DNA of 64,000 bases, taken from the NCBI GenBank assembly GCA_036172245.1, contig JAYWIR010000046.1, positions 682,001 through 746,000 on the forward strand, read 5' to 3'. The notes below the pieces were generated by a model that was not told where the DNA came from, made no database searches, and saw only the letters and a list, made by a program, of their open reading frames with translations. Positions 36,391 to 49,700 of this stretch are shown piece after piece; positions within the stretch are counted from its first letter, which is position 1, and each line of letters starts with the position of its first letter. Position numbers and translations under genes: made by a program. Origin of the DNA: Raillietiella orientalis. Taxonomy: Eukaryota.

Positions 36391-39300
36391 TCAGAGGCTC
36401 GCAGAAGAACTGGGAAGCAGGTCTGGAGTATCCAGCCGAACTGGGATGCAAGTGTTTTGTTCCATTCTCGGTGCAATCTGAGGCATCTCCTTCAGGTCTT
36501 CAGCAGGAATCAATGGGTTAGCTATTTGCTTACCACTTAAGAAATTCAGTCCACCTTTACTAACTGGACTTTCTAAGACTCCTATGGGAAAATATGCTTG
36601 CTCTGCTTGAAACTACCTACTGAAGTGTACAGTTTTTCGAAAGAATGAAAAGAATGGCAGACTCGCAGATGAGTTGCTGATCCACAATCCTGAGTTGATG
36701 CAGACAAGTTTGCAGGAGAGAAACAAACGTAGGAAGCTAATCTCAATGATGCACTTTTTAATCAGTTAGTGATAAAAATCGATACTTTGTACCATGTTAC
36801 TTAATCATATTTATTGGCACATAAGTTACAGAAAGGACGACTAATGCCATCAACGTATGACAGTATATAATAAACTTAAATTGATTTCTATCACATTTTA
36901 TAAAATATTTATCAATAAAAAAAAGGACAAACTTTTTACACCTAGATATAAATAATATATTATCTGCTTGAAAAAGATAAGAACCAAAAATTTAATAGGT
37001 TTGAAGACTTGATCCGAGAAATCTGATCAATAAGGTTTTATTTATTGATTTTTCCCCTGTTCTGTATTTTTTGGCTGCATTTTTTTAAAGGATGTAATAA
37101 TTGTTAGACAAGAGAGACCAAGTTTTCCTATTCTATTTGTTCTCCTTTGAGTCCACCCTCAGCATTCACAATCGAGTAGGATTGGCCTATTAGTTGGACC
37201 TATGAAATGAAGCGTTACTTTTGAAGGAAAAAAATGAAGAAATCAGTAATAATCAGGAAATTGGCATTTGCTTTGCATGAAATTGTGACCGAGGCACATT
37301 TCTGAAATGGATATGCAGCTCATTGAGGTAAAAACGTTCCGTATGTCTGTGTAGAATTGGAAATGCATCTTTTTCGACAATAATGTTCTCATTTTCATTT
37401 TTTTATCCAGAGGATCAGTCCAATGTTGTTTTGTTGACTTCCATTGCAAAATTCAATCTCAATCATCGATCATCCCGTGCGAGCTCTTATTTTGATCGTT
37501 TTCTCTGGACAAAGCAAGGATATAGGGTGAGTGGAAAAGCCACGGCACGTACCCAAAATTGACTGGGATTTTATTAGTAGTGCTTCTCGGATCGACAGAA
37601 AACAAAGACAGAATTTCCACCAAGTTATATTGCAGTTTTCAGATCCCTTTTCTGAATTTGAAATTTAAATTCAAGGTGCTCAATCAATTGAGTGATTCTT
37701 TTCGTTTCCACGCTTACTGTGCTCAAAATTGCGCAATTCAAATCTTGTGAAACCACTTTGAGATACACACAGCATCCTTTGGAGAGCACTCCCTCCGGAA
37801 CCGCACGCTGAACCATTAACCTTTTTCTATTTTAAACATTCGAAGCTATTTTAGCACTTTTCCCCTGAAAATGGCAATTCGAGTTTTATAAAGATTAGCA
37901 TATACACCACTTGCTGCAGCCTCACTATGGAGTGGTTCTCTCGAAATGACGTGAATTACTGAATTTCTGCTGCTTATCATGGCCACCTTGGTGTTCAGCA
38001 GGAAGCTGACACGCTGATAATGCAAGACCACGAGCGGAACAGTATGGGAATACCAGTTTTTGTGTGGGATGAGAACCCAAGATGTCCTCTTTGATTCCTG
38101 CATCTCCTGAAAACCCAAGGAATTTTTAGAATTTCAACGACCACTGCTGTTCCTGAGATTATCTTTCCTGCTGCAAGCGTTTTATTTTCATCTTGGTACA
38201 AGAGTGAGCACTTTCGCAATAGCGTTACCATCAGAAAAGAGCATGCTGCCACTCTGCAAAATCCATTTTAACACTGCCGCCTTGCTGACTGTTATTGTTT
38301 CGATGGTTTCCTTCTTGGAAGATTCCGAACGTTGAGAGAGGATGCTCACCGGATGCTACGCCGTCTCATTAAGCAATAGCTGTTCACGTAGTTGCCTCAT
38401 TTACAAGAACTCAGAAAAGTGAATACAAGCAATGAGAGCTGAAGTGTGCCTGTCCTGGGCATCAAAGCATCTCTTTCATCTTTCCCGGAGCAAAACTAGA
38501 CATCCTTATTCCTGCAATCTACTTTTCTGCATGAGAGATTGTCTCATTTGGTGTGATATTGAGTTCATCTGTCTGTACGAGTAACTTTAAACAGAACAAT
38601 GATGTAGAGGGTTCTTGAAAGGACACATGATCAGAAACAGAGATGCTCACCAAAATGAATTTTTCCTTTCTTGAAACAACTCGCTGTTCATTTGATTTTA
38701 TTTTATTTTTTTAAATATCTTTCATGCTGGAAAGTTCGGGTCTCAGAAACGAGACATCCGAAGATTTTACTATGAGAACCAATGCCTACTCATGAGTAAA
38801 ATTTGACATAACGATGACGTCTTTATTTTAGGCTGTAGATACAGCACTTGGAAAAGAGAATCGTCTTCCGAAGCATGAGAAGCAAACAACTGAAATTGCC
38901 ACGAGCAATTTTTCTTCAAGCAAAGAACAAATTGCCATGGATATCGATCATTTGTGACATAACTTCTCCAGACTGCTACGAATTCAACGACCGAAACGTT
39001 CTCTTGCCGCTTCACTACTACATTAATCAGCTGATTTCATTTCAATTCATTAATATTTACAATATTATTAAACTACATGCTCTCCTTATACACTATGGCT
39101 GATACAACCTGGCAATCTCTTTAGAACAAGAGATTGATTTTATTGTCTTACGTCTACAATTTCCTAAATACGAATGATTTTTTCTGAGAGAACGATTTCG
39201 ATCTCGTACATATTTGATGAGCCTCTGTATTGTATCTATTTATTATCATGGCAGCACAGAGCAGGAAGCGTTGAAACAGCTAAAGTCGAGCATGCTGTGA

Positions 39301-40638
39301 GAGAGAAAAACAAAATCAGCATCGAATCTCGAAATCATCGAATTTCTAAAACGAAATCTTCAGCAATTCATTTACTACTTATGAACGGAAATTCAATTCA
39401 GCCTTTCACTTCCCAAAATACAGGAGACCGAACTGAATTACAAGGAGCGTTTCATTTTGGGAGTCTTAGCGCAGAAGATGCTCACAGAAGATGTGTGTCT
39501 TTTCATCCGCTTGATTCATCTTTTTTAGATATGCTGGGTGTTGAGGAGAAAGTATAATTAAGGGCAGGACAGGATGCTTTGGTTGTCTTGTCACAAGCAG
39601 TTCACTCCCAGTTGGGAACAGTGCAACGGTTAATTCAGAATTGCGGTTGTCTGCAAACCATTTCACTCGTCTGATACCTTATGACGTGGTCTGATGTACC
39701 TGAAACGAACGCATAATCCGACTCATTAGAGCTGTTTCCAAACCACTAATGAGGTTAACATGCTTTCATCTGAAGCGAATAAAACGGAAACACGACCGTG
39801 ATTCATTCTGCATTTCGGGAGCAGATTAGGCTCCTGAAGAGTGACAGCTCCAACCAAGAAAATAAACTATTTTCTCTAGAATGATTCAGTCGGAGACTGA
39901 CTTTCATGTTTTCACACAGTTTCTTTCCTGTATTGATTTCTCTCGACATTAGACGTGGTTTTGTTTTGTTTTGTTTTTTTCCTTTCCATTAATTCAAGGA
40001 ACATTCAGGTTTCGTCTCGAAAATCTAAAATGGCACGTGGCTGTCTTCTAAGTAAGTTTGGATGTCAGCCTGAAGTTTCCAGCAATCCAAGATGCCCGGA
40101 ATTCGGCATTCGGTTTCGTTCTTTGCATCGTTCAGAAAAATGTGGTCCCGGCAGTTTTGTTTACGGAAATCACTCGCTCTGCAAAGACAGATGTTGATCG
40201 AGATCGACCTGCATGCAGCGCGTTGGCAGCAGAGCAAAGAACTCTCAGAGTGCATTTTTCTGCCATGCTGTTCGATTCTTAAGGGAGAGAAACGCGTTCT
40301 TGTTTGCATGTGCTTGATTAAAACTATAAATTCCTGTATGTCGTTGCCGCACTGCAAATCATCCGAAGCATTCGAGAGGCTATTTGGGACCCTGCAGGCA
40401 TGAATCCTCAGCAGACATTCGCTTGACTTTTTTTTTTTTTGTATCAACATGCGTGCATCATTTCCAAGCTGCGAGCTGAGGCTCACGCGCCGAGAGAAAA
40501 TGGGTGGCCATAGTGAACGCGCTCAAACCAGACCTCCGTGAAGTTAAACATGACCTCCACAGTTTATCTTGCTGCCATCAATCCCAGTGCGAACATGTCT
40601 CATTTTTCCTCTAGTAATCAGCGAGCACATTTGCTGCA

Positions 40639-40997
40639 TCAGCATCTGTCTAAGTAAAAAGTCTCCTCAAGCTGATCCAACTTCGTGTAAGCAAGTCGAG
40701 TCTCCCACAAGCACAAGTCTGAATCCATTTCCCACCATCTATAGATTTTGTCCCTTCTGCGAAGACTGAGTTCTTCATCAAAGTGCACTTCGAGGCGTAA
40801 CTTAAGAGCAGCAAAATCACCTTAAAGCGAGACCTGGTACACATGTCTCCGCCCCTAACCAGAAAAAATCATTTTATCGTACAGAAACGAACTTGAATCT
40901 TTAGCTTTAGGAAGAAATGGTGCTGTACTGCAGGCAAAGCACGTCCATCTACTAGAAACTTGCTGTCGACCCCCAATTTCGTATACTTGGGTGCCAT
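40639..40997 (-). CDS. Candidate two-exon ORF of unknown function (88 aa; possibly a pseudogene or transposon gene start)
   Basis: ATG at 40997, just downstream of a CpG-rich island. Exon 40997-40893 encodes MAPKYTKLG...KLKIQ. A 92-nt GT-AG intron at 40892-40801 joins in frame to LRLEVHFDEE...FYLDRC*. Confidence 0.35.
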
Positions 40998-41300
40998 CTC
41001 GTCGATCTTTTCAGACACAGCTCCACGGGGCGGGCCATCTCTTCCGAAAAAAATCACCCTCTTGCCGGGCCCCAAGATCGCACCGGCTTCATCGGATCGC
41101 ACCGGTTCGGCGTCTCGGCGCGGCGCTCCTCGTGAGGACGTGGGCACTTCCGTGCGGGAAGTCTCGGGACGGAGCCGCAGCACGAAACGCGAGCACGCGG
41201 ACGGATGCGAGCCAGCGGCCTGCTGCCCGCCAGCTTGCCGCTCCACCCAAAGCCCGCATCCTGCGCGGCGGCAGGCCTTCTGCCAAGGTCGGCGAACGAA

Positions 41301-41345
41301 ACTAGTGCGCACGCTCCAAGGCTCCCTTCGAGCGTGCGCACTAGT
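41301..41345. repeat. Perfect 16-bp inverted repeat with 13-nt spacer inside a CpG-rich island
   Basis: actagtgcgcacgctc-caaggctcccttc-gagcgtgcgcactagt. Confidence 0.95.
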
Positions 41346-42949
41346 CGATTAAGGTCCGAGGCCCACAAGAGGGAAAGACATGGCTTGCGCGTCGAGACCA
41401 AAGAACGGATGCACACAGCACCTCGTCACCTGTCAGCATGCAGGAGGCGCTTCGTCTCCGCCTGCAAGACGAGAAGTCCGGGAGCCACGGGCGAGTCGTC
41501 ACGCGGACTAAGAGCTTCACAGCCTCCCGCATCCGATCTGGGTTTTCTTTTCGCGCTGCTCCGCGGCGTTTCTCGGAAGTCTTGGAACGGCACTCCTCAC
41601 GCTTTTGCATCCGGACCACGGAACTTTTCGCGTCTTGAGCGTCGACAGTAAACTCGGAGATCCAGAATGGGCGCTTCTCGGGAAAAGAAAGTTCCATTCG
41701 GCCTTGCACGTTTGACGGGAGATGCCGACTAGCAGAGAAGCGTATCCGCCGCAACTTGGCGTGGCTCAATCCCGGGTGCAGAGTGCGTAAAATGAAGCCG
41801 TACGTGCACAGCCATGTATTGCAGATCGTCCGCGCTGGTGATCGTCGCAGATTTCCTTCCAGAATTTCAAGCGCAGCAGAGCGAAATGACGTTGCGGCAA
41901 GTGTGCCACACTTGCAAAGAATTTCGTCGTATGCCTGTTCTCTACTGGTGGGTAGAGAACTCGTTTGCCTCCACAGAGGGCACTCTGTGGGGACACTCTG
42001 TATGCGGAATTTCAATCGTAGGTTCATGAGTGCGTACGCGTGTTTGTTTCTCTTTCTTTCTTTTTAGAGCTCAGTTTTTTTCGAAATCACCTTCGAGGGA
42101 ATAAACCTACCAACTACGCTGCGAACATCTATCCGAACTGCTCTATCATCTAACTAATCAGCATTCTCAAACGAGCGTTTCATCACATTTGTGCCTTTGA
42201 CGAGTTTCGCAGTCAGTACTGCCCTTACTTGTCTCATTATTCAGCACTGTTTTCCGGGCTTCCAATCCGGAGTGACACATGAGGACTAAAATGATGAATG
42301 CGGAATTAAATCGCATCGCCGACAGGAGTTCATCGTCACAGTACGCAGTGAACTCTCAAAAGATCTACAAAGACAAGGGAGTCTTTCCAAAGCCATCAGT
42401 CTGACGCTGAAGCCTTGGAAGATAGCTTCAGAGAACCTGCTCTTTCGAATAGAAGTCCAAAGATGCCACTGATTTGGGGAAGCGTTCTAAGAACTTCCAT
42501 TGCAGTGGCACTCATATGTTCTGTGAGGTACGAAAGATTGTTTGGAATTTGGACTGTTTCTTATTTCATTTCTTTCGTACTTCTGGATAGCGGTGACATT
42601 TTGGAAGAGGAGAGGAAATTTGTGATCCCGTTGCAGAACAATCAGGTGAGGCCATCATCAGTGAGATACAATATTTTAGGGTTTGTATCTCATGAGCGTA
42701 AGAGTGGATAGTGAACCTACTCCCGTGCAACTGATTATAAGTGGTGGATCAAGTACGGTGATGATTCCCAGCTATAAATGTACAACAACTTGGTGCTGTA
42801 AGTGAATCTTTGACTGAGGAGATCCATTGCTATTGAAGGAAGAGAAGTAAATGCATGTGTTTTTCAGCTAATCGTAAAAAAATTGACTCACGTTCATTGA
42901 AGAATTGGAAGCGGAAACAAATCAAAAAGGACATTCTGTTTGGATCGGA

Positions 42950-45000
42950 GATAACAGGAGAATTAGGAACAACTTCTCTGAAGGTAAAAACTTTTTCATT
43001 CCTAGGATAGCAGCTTCCTTCCACCAGAACTATTGCTATTTTAAGGTCTTCTGTTTGACAAATCGTAAAGGCATCTACTTTACGTAACTTGTTATGCAAA
43101 TGGTGTTGTGCAACAGGCATCTAATTTCACACTTTCGGCATTGACTCAAAGTGATTCTTAGACAGTGGACATCCATGACGCTCGTTGTGTAGGTAAACAT
43201 CTCGATATTCATCTCGAAACTCTGCTCTGACCACTCTATTTCTGAATCACACCTTGATTGCCACGCGCTGAATCAGACCTGGTTGGTTACTGTTCTCGAG
43301 AGCAGCTGAGACAATGTCCCATGAAACACTCAGATTTCGCCATTCTCCATAGCCACACTGAAAGTACTTGAGGCCATCCTTGTGGGACTCCATAACTGAC
43401 TGAGTTAACAAGATGTCTGTGGTGAATACATTGTGAAAAGTAAACACCATGCTGGATGAGGAATCTTTCAACTGCCTCCTGAACGTAGCTTTGGCGTGCA
43501 ATGTGCTGATTAATTCATCAGAAGCAATCGACATCGGTCCAGCGGAAGTTACTACTGCAGTTCGGAACCAGTCTGCGAAGTATGAAAGAGAGAATTCAGC
43601 TTCTGGAATAGGTCAAAGTCTATGCACAGTAAGTTCCACGAAAATGCCTGGTCTAGAGGAGAAATGTCAATATCACTGAAATTCTGGGTTTGGAGTTCCA
43701 TCGCAGCATTCTAGGATCTGTTTGATCCGATGGAGAATGCTATTCGACCAGGAAAATTCACAGATTTGCAAATGCAAGATTATTGGAAAACTGAAGACGC
43801 GAGTAACTCGCCAGACTCGGGGAACTTTCCCCCCTCAAAAGGAACATGCTCTCTTGTTTCCGCAGAAAAGGGTGAGAAGTGCGTGGGAAAAACTTTCAAA
43901 TAACCACGTATCTTGTGTCGAATTCCAACTCTGTGACGGTTTTGTTGCACAGCTAAAAATATGGACAGAGCTTTCTGGAGTGAACCTCATGGCGTTTTTC
44001 GTGCCTGATTGGGATCGCCAAGACCTCGGAGATATAAGTGACACCTGCACACGGTGGTGCACAAAGTCTTGTACCTGATGGTTCTCTCTACTTGTGAAGA
44101 GATCGAACTTTTTCAGAGAAACTTCACTCTTGTTTATAACGTTCGGAGTCTTCTGATAGCATTGCAAAAGGCTTGCATCAAAGAACAAGAAAAGCATCGA
44201 GACCATTGAGGAAAATTCTGCAAACGAACGGAACTTGCTTTTTGGATGGCAAAGAAATAGGAACTCCATAAGCTAGCTTTCCTCTTGAACGAGAGCATTC
44301 CATAGACATCGAAGCAACGATGTTCTGAGTTTTATCCAAATCAACAACCAGCACTGGACACAAGCTATGTAGACGCGAATGCAGCGATGAGGTGCACGAT
44401 GGCATGCCGGTAAGCGTTCACCAAACGTCCGAAGACATAACAGATTTCGTGTAGAAGGATCTCTCACGTGGGATTGTTGTGTTTCCTTTATACGTGATCA
44501 AAGCTCGACTCTGCCTAATGACACGCTCCTTCTCTCAAGCTTCAGCTTTTTCACTGTTCTGTTGACCCAATTCCAAACTCACTGCACTTTTTGTAAGATG
44601 CATTGCTGTTGCAAAGAAAGTGCGAATTTTCCCTCGCTCTCTCCTCTCTGGGAGCCTCCTAATTGCAGAATGGCATCATTCTCCCCAGAAGGAAGTTTCG
44701 ATAGCCCTACTTTGTGCTGCTAGAGGAGACCAATTTCTTTTGTCTCCAAGGTCTGTCTTTTCTTGCGATTCCCTTCTTGCAATTCTTACAAATCACTGCT
44801 TCCTTCGTGAGATCATTTCTCATCTCAAAAAAGAACTTTACTTTCTCCTTTGATTCAAAAGTTATAGAGGCAAGGTGGATGAACTCTTTTAGTCTTCCAG
44901 GATTTATTTCTCATCCACTTGATATTCTGATTCTCCTTCTTAGAGCTTCAACACTTGCATTCATGTACCCTTTTGTTGACATCTTGATTCATCAAAGATC
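42950..45000 (-). mobile_element. Decayed KDZ (Kyakuja-Dileera-Zisupton) transposase, HMGXB3-like
   Basis: Ordered minus-strand motifs ICKNC (about 44785), LVNAYRH (44403-44424), CPVLVVDLDK (44331-44360), HKIRGYLK (43894-43917), YLHNERHGC (about 43170-43195) and VAQHHLHNKLRK (43078-43114). These match, from memory, the HMGXB3-type order AYxHF, CGxHPxVVIMD, CPHGIVYxLK, DxFH, NSQxAEQ. Confidence 0.5.
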
Positions 45001-46011
45001 TTTTAGTGAAACTATGTATTAACAATCAGTGAACACACTCTCTTCTTCATTATGTGCACGTAGGCATGCGGTGCATGCATATACACACACATCCACATAT
45101 GTGAACGATAACATGGATCCAGAATCAACCGTTTTTCATGTATCTGTTTTGAGAGTTTTCCACCATTCAGTTCATTTGTTTTCATTCCAGATAGACTTAG
45201 CTAAGGGCGCTCCGCTTTCCCTCGAGAATTACGCGGACATTTTGCTGTTCGAGGATTACAATCCCAGGCCTTCCGATGTCTCCAGCAAATTCTCTTTCGA
45301 CGGAGCGTTTCCTATAAGCAGGAACGTTCTGACGAACTATGCCTTTTTAAACATCATCCCTAAACTGGCAATACAGTTTTCATTCGATGGGTAAGACTTA
45401 TGCTTACGTGTGGACCGCTTCTCACCCTCAACTCAAGACGGAAGGGTGGTAGCCTTGTGCTTACAAATACACCTGCAAAGGACTTTCCTGCGTCTATAAG
45501 ACTTTCCGAAACACCAGAAAGATACTACTTCCAAATTCAAAGGCAAGAAATGCTTTGTTTCCATTTGCCGACGGTTGCTCGTTGCGTCGAACGTGCTCCC
45601 ATCTCGGTAGAAAAACCACCACTCGTTAGCGTAAAAGTGTGATAGAAGCAGCTTGCTTTGCATGCTGTTGCACTGCAGCTACCTTCCTCCGCTGGAATGC
45701 TCCTGTAATGCACGTCAAAAACGCAACGCATGGCGTATTTGTTTTCTTTAAATAAGCGTATTCTTTTTCAGCATTGACTCAAAGTGATTCTTAAGCACAA
45801 CACTATATGGTAACTTAATATCATCTAATTATTCAGCGTGCAATGATATCGGCCATGTGCCATGAATTGTCATAAACATGAAATTCCGTTGTAAAGCGAA
45901 TAACTACATCGAATCACGTCAATTGAGTACCTTCATGAATGAATGATGTAAACTTAAATATAATGGAAATCCTTTTGAAGTCTTTTTCTGTCTTCCCTGT
46001 TTTCCTTCCAG

Positions 46012-46735
46012 CTTTTTTTTTTTTTTTTCGGGTTTTTTTTTTTTTTTGGTTCGTGGAGTACCTCATGAACCATCGCGGGCCTAGAGGCTCACGCAACTCT
46101 TTCACACTGTTCCACGACACCCGAGGGTGCGTGTAATTCTTCAAGATAGGGGGTAACCCGAGATGGGTCCACCCTATGAATCCAGGAAGGGCTCGGAGTT
46201 CTTTTCTCTCACTCCTGGGGAGGGATCCCCGAAGGGAGACCATCTCCACCCTGATTGTCTCCAAAGGGAACCCCAATCTCCTTCCTTATTCTCTCTGGAG
46301 GGACCCCCGGAGGGGTCAGCTCCATTTTTGTTCTCCAAAGGGAACCCGCTAGTAGGGATTTATTCTCCGGAGGAAACCCGCGAGGGAACCGCCCCTGTTT
46401 ACTCTTCTGAAGAGATTCCCGAAGGGACGTTTCCGAATTCAGGTGGACGCTCCCAGAAGGAATCGGCTCGCTTCTCTGTCCTCTCTGGAGAGGTGGCTAC
46501 ACACCTACTCCATCAGTACGATGCCGGGGGGTCCTTCCGGAATAGAGGCTCCTCTCCTTTGCACAACCGGAGGGGAACTCCCTCAGCTTGGGTTCCTGGA
46601 AGGATTCGAAGGTCTACTCCCATTGTCCCGGGCCTCATCGGGGACATCCGGTTTGAACCACTACCATTGCCGCACCCCAATGAACGTAGGCCAACCAGCC
46701 TCATCTTGCAGGAGGAACTCGAACCCGCGACGCAT
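46012..46735 (-). mobile_element. tRNA-derived SINE-like element, copy 2, with poly(A) tail
   Basis: Poly-T at about 46013-46047 on the plus strand (a poly(A) tail in element sense) and a B-box-like ggttcgagttcc at 46725-46714. Colinear homology with 5700-6180. Confidence 0.75.
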
Positions 46736-49700
46736 GATGAGGTAATGTAAAATAACATCTTGCAATGGAAAAGCAGCAAATTGGCGAACGCCATAAACGT
46801 GAAGAATACCGTCCACCCATGCAAATTCAAGGATCTGGTAGAGGTTTCAGGAAATAACAAAAGCTCGTTTTGCGCCACTTTCACTAAGAATAAGAAAAGG
46901 AAGTAGTAACTGGGTGCAGCTCTTGAAACTATTTGTCGGGAAAGCAAGATTTTGTTTCGATCTTTGTTCATAAAAAGGCAAGCAAGTAAAACAAGAATGT
47001 GAGTAAATAGGGTGCCATGTTTGGGCAAACGGAGAAGATTTTAATCGAATGTGGGGAACGAAAAGTAAGATGATCATGTTTGCCCTACATTTGGGATTTA
47101 AGTGTTCAAAAGTGGTACACCTGGTGACATGAATTTACATTTATTGATGAATTTTTATAAGAATTTTATAGCATGAATTTTAACAGACATTTTAATGTTA
47201 CCTGATGTTGCCTACAGTCGCAACTTAGGATGCTGATTGTCATGAAGTTTCGCTAATTTCTCAGGAGCTGTACGTAAGACTTCAACGCAAGACTGAATCG
47301 TTGTGAATGTGTTGAACCTTTGAATCGTGTGTGTGATTTTCATGAGTTTCCTTTGAAATAAGATTAGCTATTCCGTTGCAAACAATAGAATGACATTCTG
47401 GGCTAAGAAATGTCATTAGTTAGTGGCCGCTAACCTGCTATTGCATACTTGATCGGTCTTTAAATTTTGCAAAAATAGTTATCCATCAAAAATCCTACGT
47501 AAAAATTACTTTTGTGAATAATGGCAAAGTACGGTTTTTATGCAAAGAACTATTGCTGACGAAAAAGGTGACAGTGAAATAAAATAAAGCTAATGATGCT
47601 GATTTGTGTATAAGAAACGAGAAATATTTTCAAGGATGATACCGTTGCCGATCCTTTATTAGCACTGAAATCATAGTAAAGTGACCCATAATCCTTGCCA
47701 TTTCTCATACTCTTTCGATGCAGGATCATCTTGAATCAAGGTTCAACGAAGGATTTTACGATATCCAACCTTCAAGGAGAGTTGATGATAGAAAGTTTTT
47801 TAACCCTTATACCCAAACAATTATTCTCCAGAATACAATCTCTTCACTCTGAAGCAATGGTTGAAAACTCGCTCTACAAGGTTGGTGTTCCGTAATTTGG
47901 AAAATTCACAACCCGGAATTTTCAGGTTAGTTGTTCTTCAAGAAACTCTCCGTCGGTCACTGTTGAAATGAATGAAAGGGTGAAAATCACTCTCACCAGG
48001 GAAGATTATATTTGGAAGGTAACCACTACCTCAGTATCAGTTTCTTTCATTGCAAACTCTGCGAAGTAAATAATGCGACATAAAAAGTTTTGGATTTGTT
48101 AAATAGTCTCTGTTGATCTCTATATAATCACTGATTAGAAAATCAAATGTCAGTTTTAGTTGTAGCGCTAAAGAAAATTATGATAGAAATGCAGAAAGCA
48201 AACAACATTCATTCACACATACGCACTTATGTGTGAATTGATGTGAATGCAATTTGATTTTTGTTGATTTGTTTTAGCTTCAAGATAAATGCTTCCTCAA
48301 ATTCCTTCCCTCAGAAAAGGCAATGCTAGGAGTCTCCACTCTGCTTCTGGAGAAGGTAACCACGCAAATCGACTGCTCGGATTTCACAATTTCATTCAAA
48401 CCAAAATGAGAAGGATTTTTTCATTAAATGATCTTTGTTTGTTATCCCAGTGTACTTTGAAATATTAAGAATGGTTGAGAAAAAAAAATTATTTTCATTT
48501 CTTTTTATTCGATCTCCGTTACTTGTCAGTTTCTAATAATGGAGGTTTCTGTGCTCTTTAGAACAAGACCTAGAGACGCTAAGCAAAGTCCAAGCGTTCA
48601 GCATCAAACGAACAAAAGCACAGTACAGTGCAACACGTATAACGTGGATTCGTACAACGCGACGAAAAAATGGAGACGAAATCCGTACAACGGGGTACAT
48701 CAGTTTCGTTCGACTCTGTGGATAACTTTTACTTTTGTGGTTTGGCGTCTGTTGATCTGTCTTTAAGCACAACACAAACACGATTCGAGTAAGCTGGATT
48801 CAGTTTTATTCAATTTTCATGAATAAAATAGCTCAGGAAGCATTTTCAACTACTAGAATGATAGAGCTGAAACTACAAAATGGTTTACATTGATCAAATA
48901 TCAACAAAACTCCAAACGACCTTTTTCCTTGATTTAGCTTAAATAATGAATAGGCATTTTCCTTTTTGTTTTAGAGTGAAATAATAAGCATGTCACTGTC
49001 AGAATGCTTTAATATACATGCTAGGTCTTTTTTGAATACCAGCATGTTATACATAACCCATGGGGCTCGTATAACGCGGAACGCATCCTCCACGTTACAC
49101 GGGAGGGGGGCCTACTATGTTCTCTTGCTCTGGCTTAAGATTTCATCTATTAGTTCTCAGTTCTTAAGATTTCATATGAGGTGGTTTTCTTGAATAACAG
49201 TTAAAATAAAAGTTATTTTGACAAACTGGTTAATGTATCGTCACTTTTTGAAAGAGATTCTGCAAGAATGCACGTTCTTGCTTGTGATTTTTTCCACAGT
49301 AAAAGCATCGTCGTTCTTCCACAGTGCGCTGAATTCTTGTAGAATACATCAAAAAAGGTATTTGGGGGGAACACTGGATCGTTTTACCCTTCCGTATCTG
49401 GTAAATATTCTCTAGGATTCGTCTACCTTTGTGTCTTTGAACTTCGCTATTGGCTTCTATTATCAGACGGCGGAACATAATGAACTTATGTTGTTACAAT
49501 CCAAGAGTGAGAGTTTTGATGCAGTCCATGTTCGGGGGACTTGAGAACTCAGTGTGGAAACTAAGTAGGTTTCCAAACCATCCTTTTTAAGAAACCAGCG
49601 GAAGATGCATAGGAGAATTGCTTTTCCAGTTCCTGCTGGAACAGCGACTAACAAGTTTTCTGTTTCAACATTCAGTTTGGAAAGGAAATTTGGGGATCCA

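Noticed and set aside
46163..46750. 195-aa ORF
   Set aside because: It lies antisense within the SINE-like repeat, is low-complexity, and the frame is not open in copy 1.
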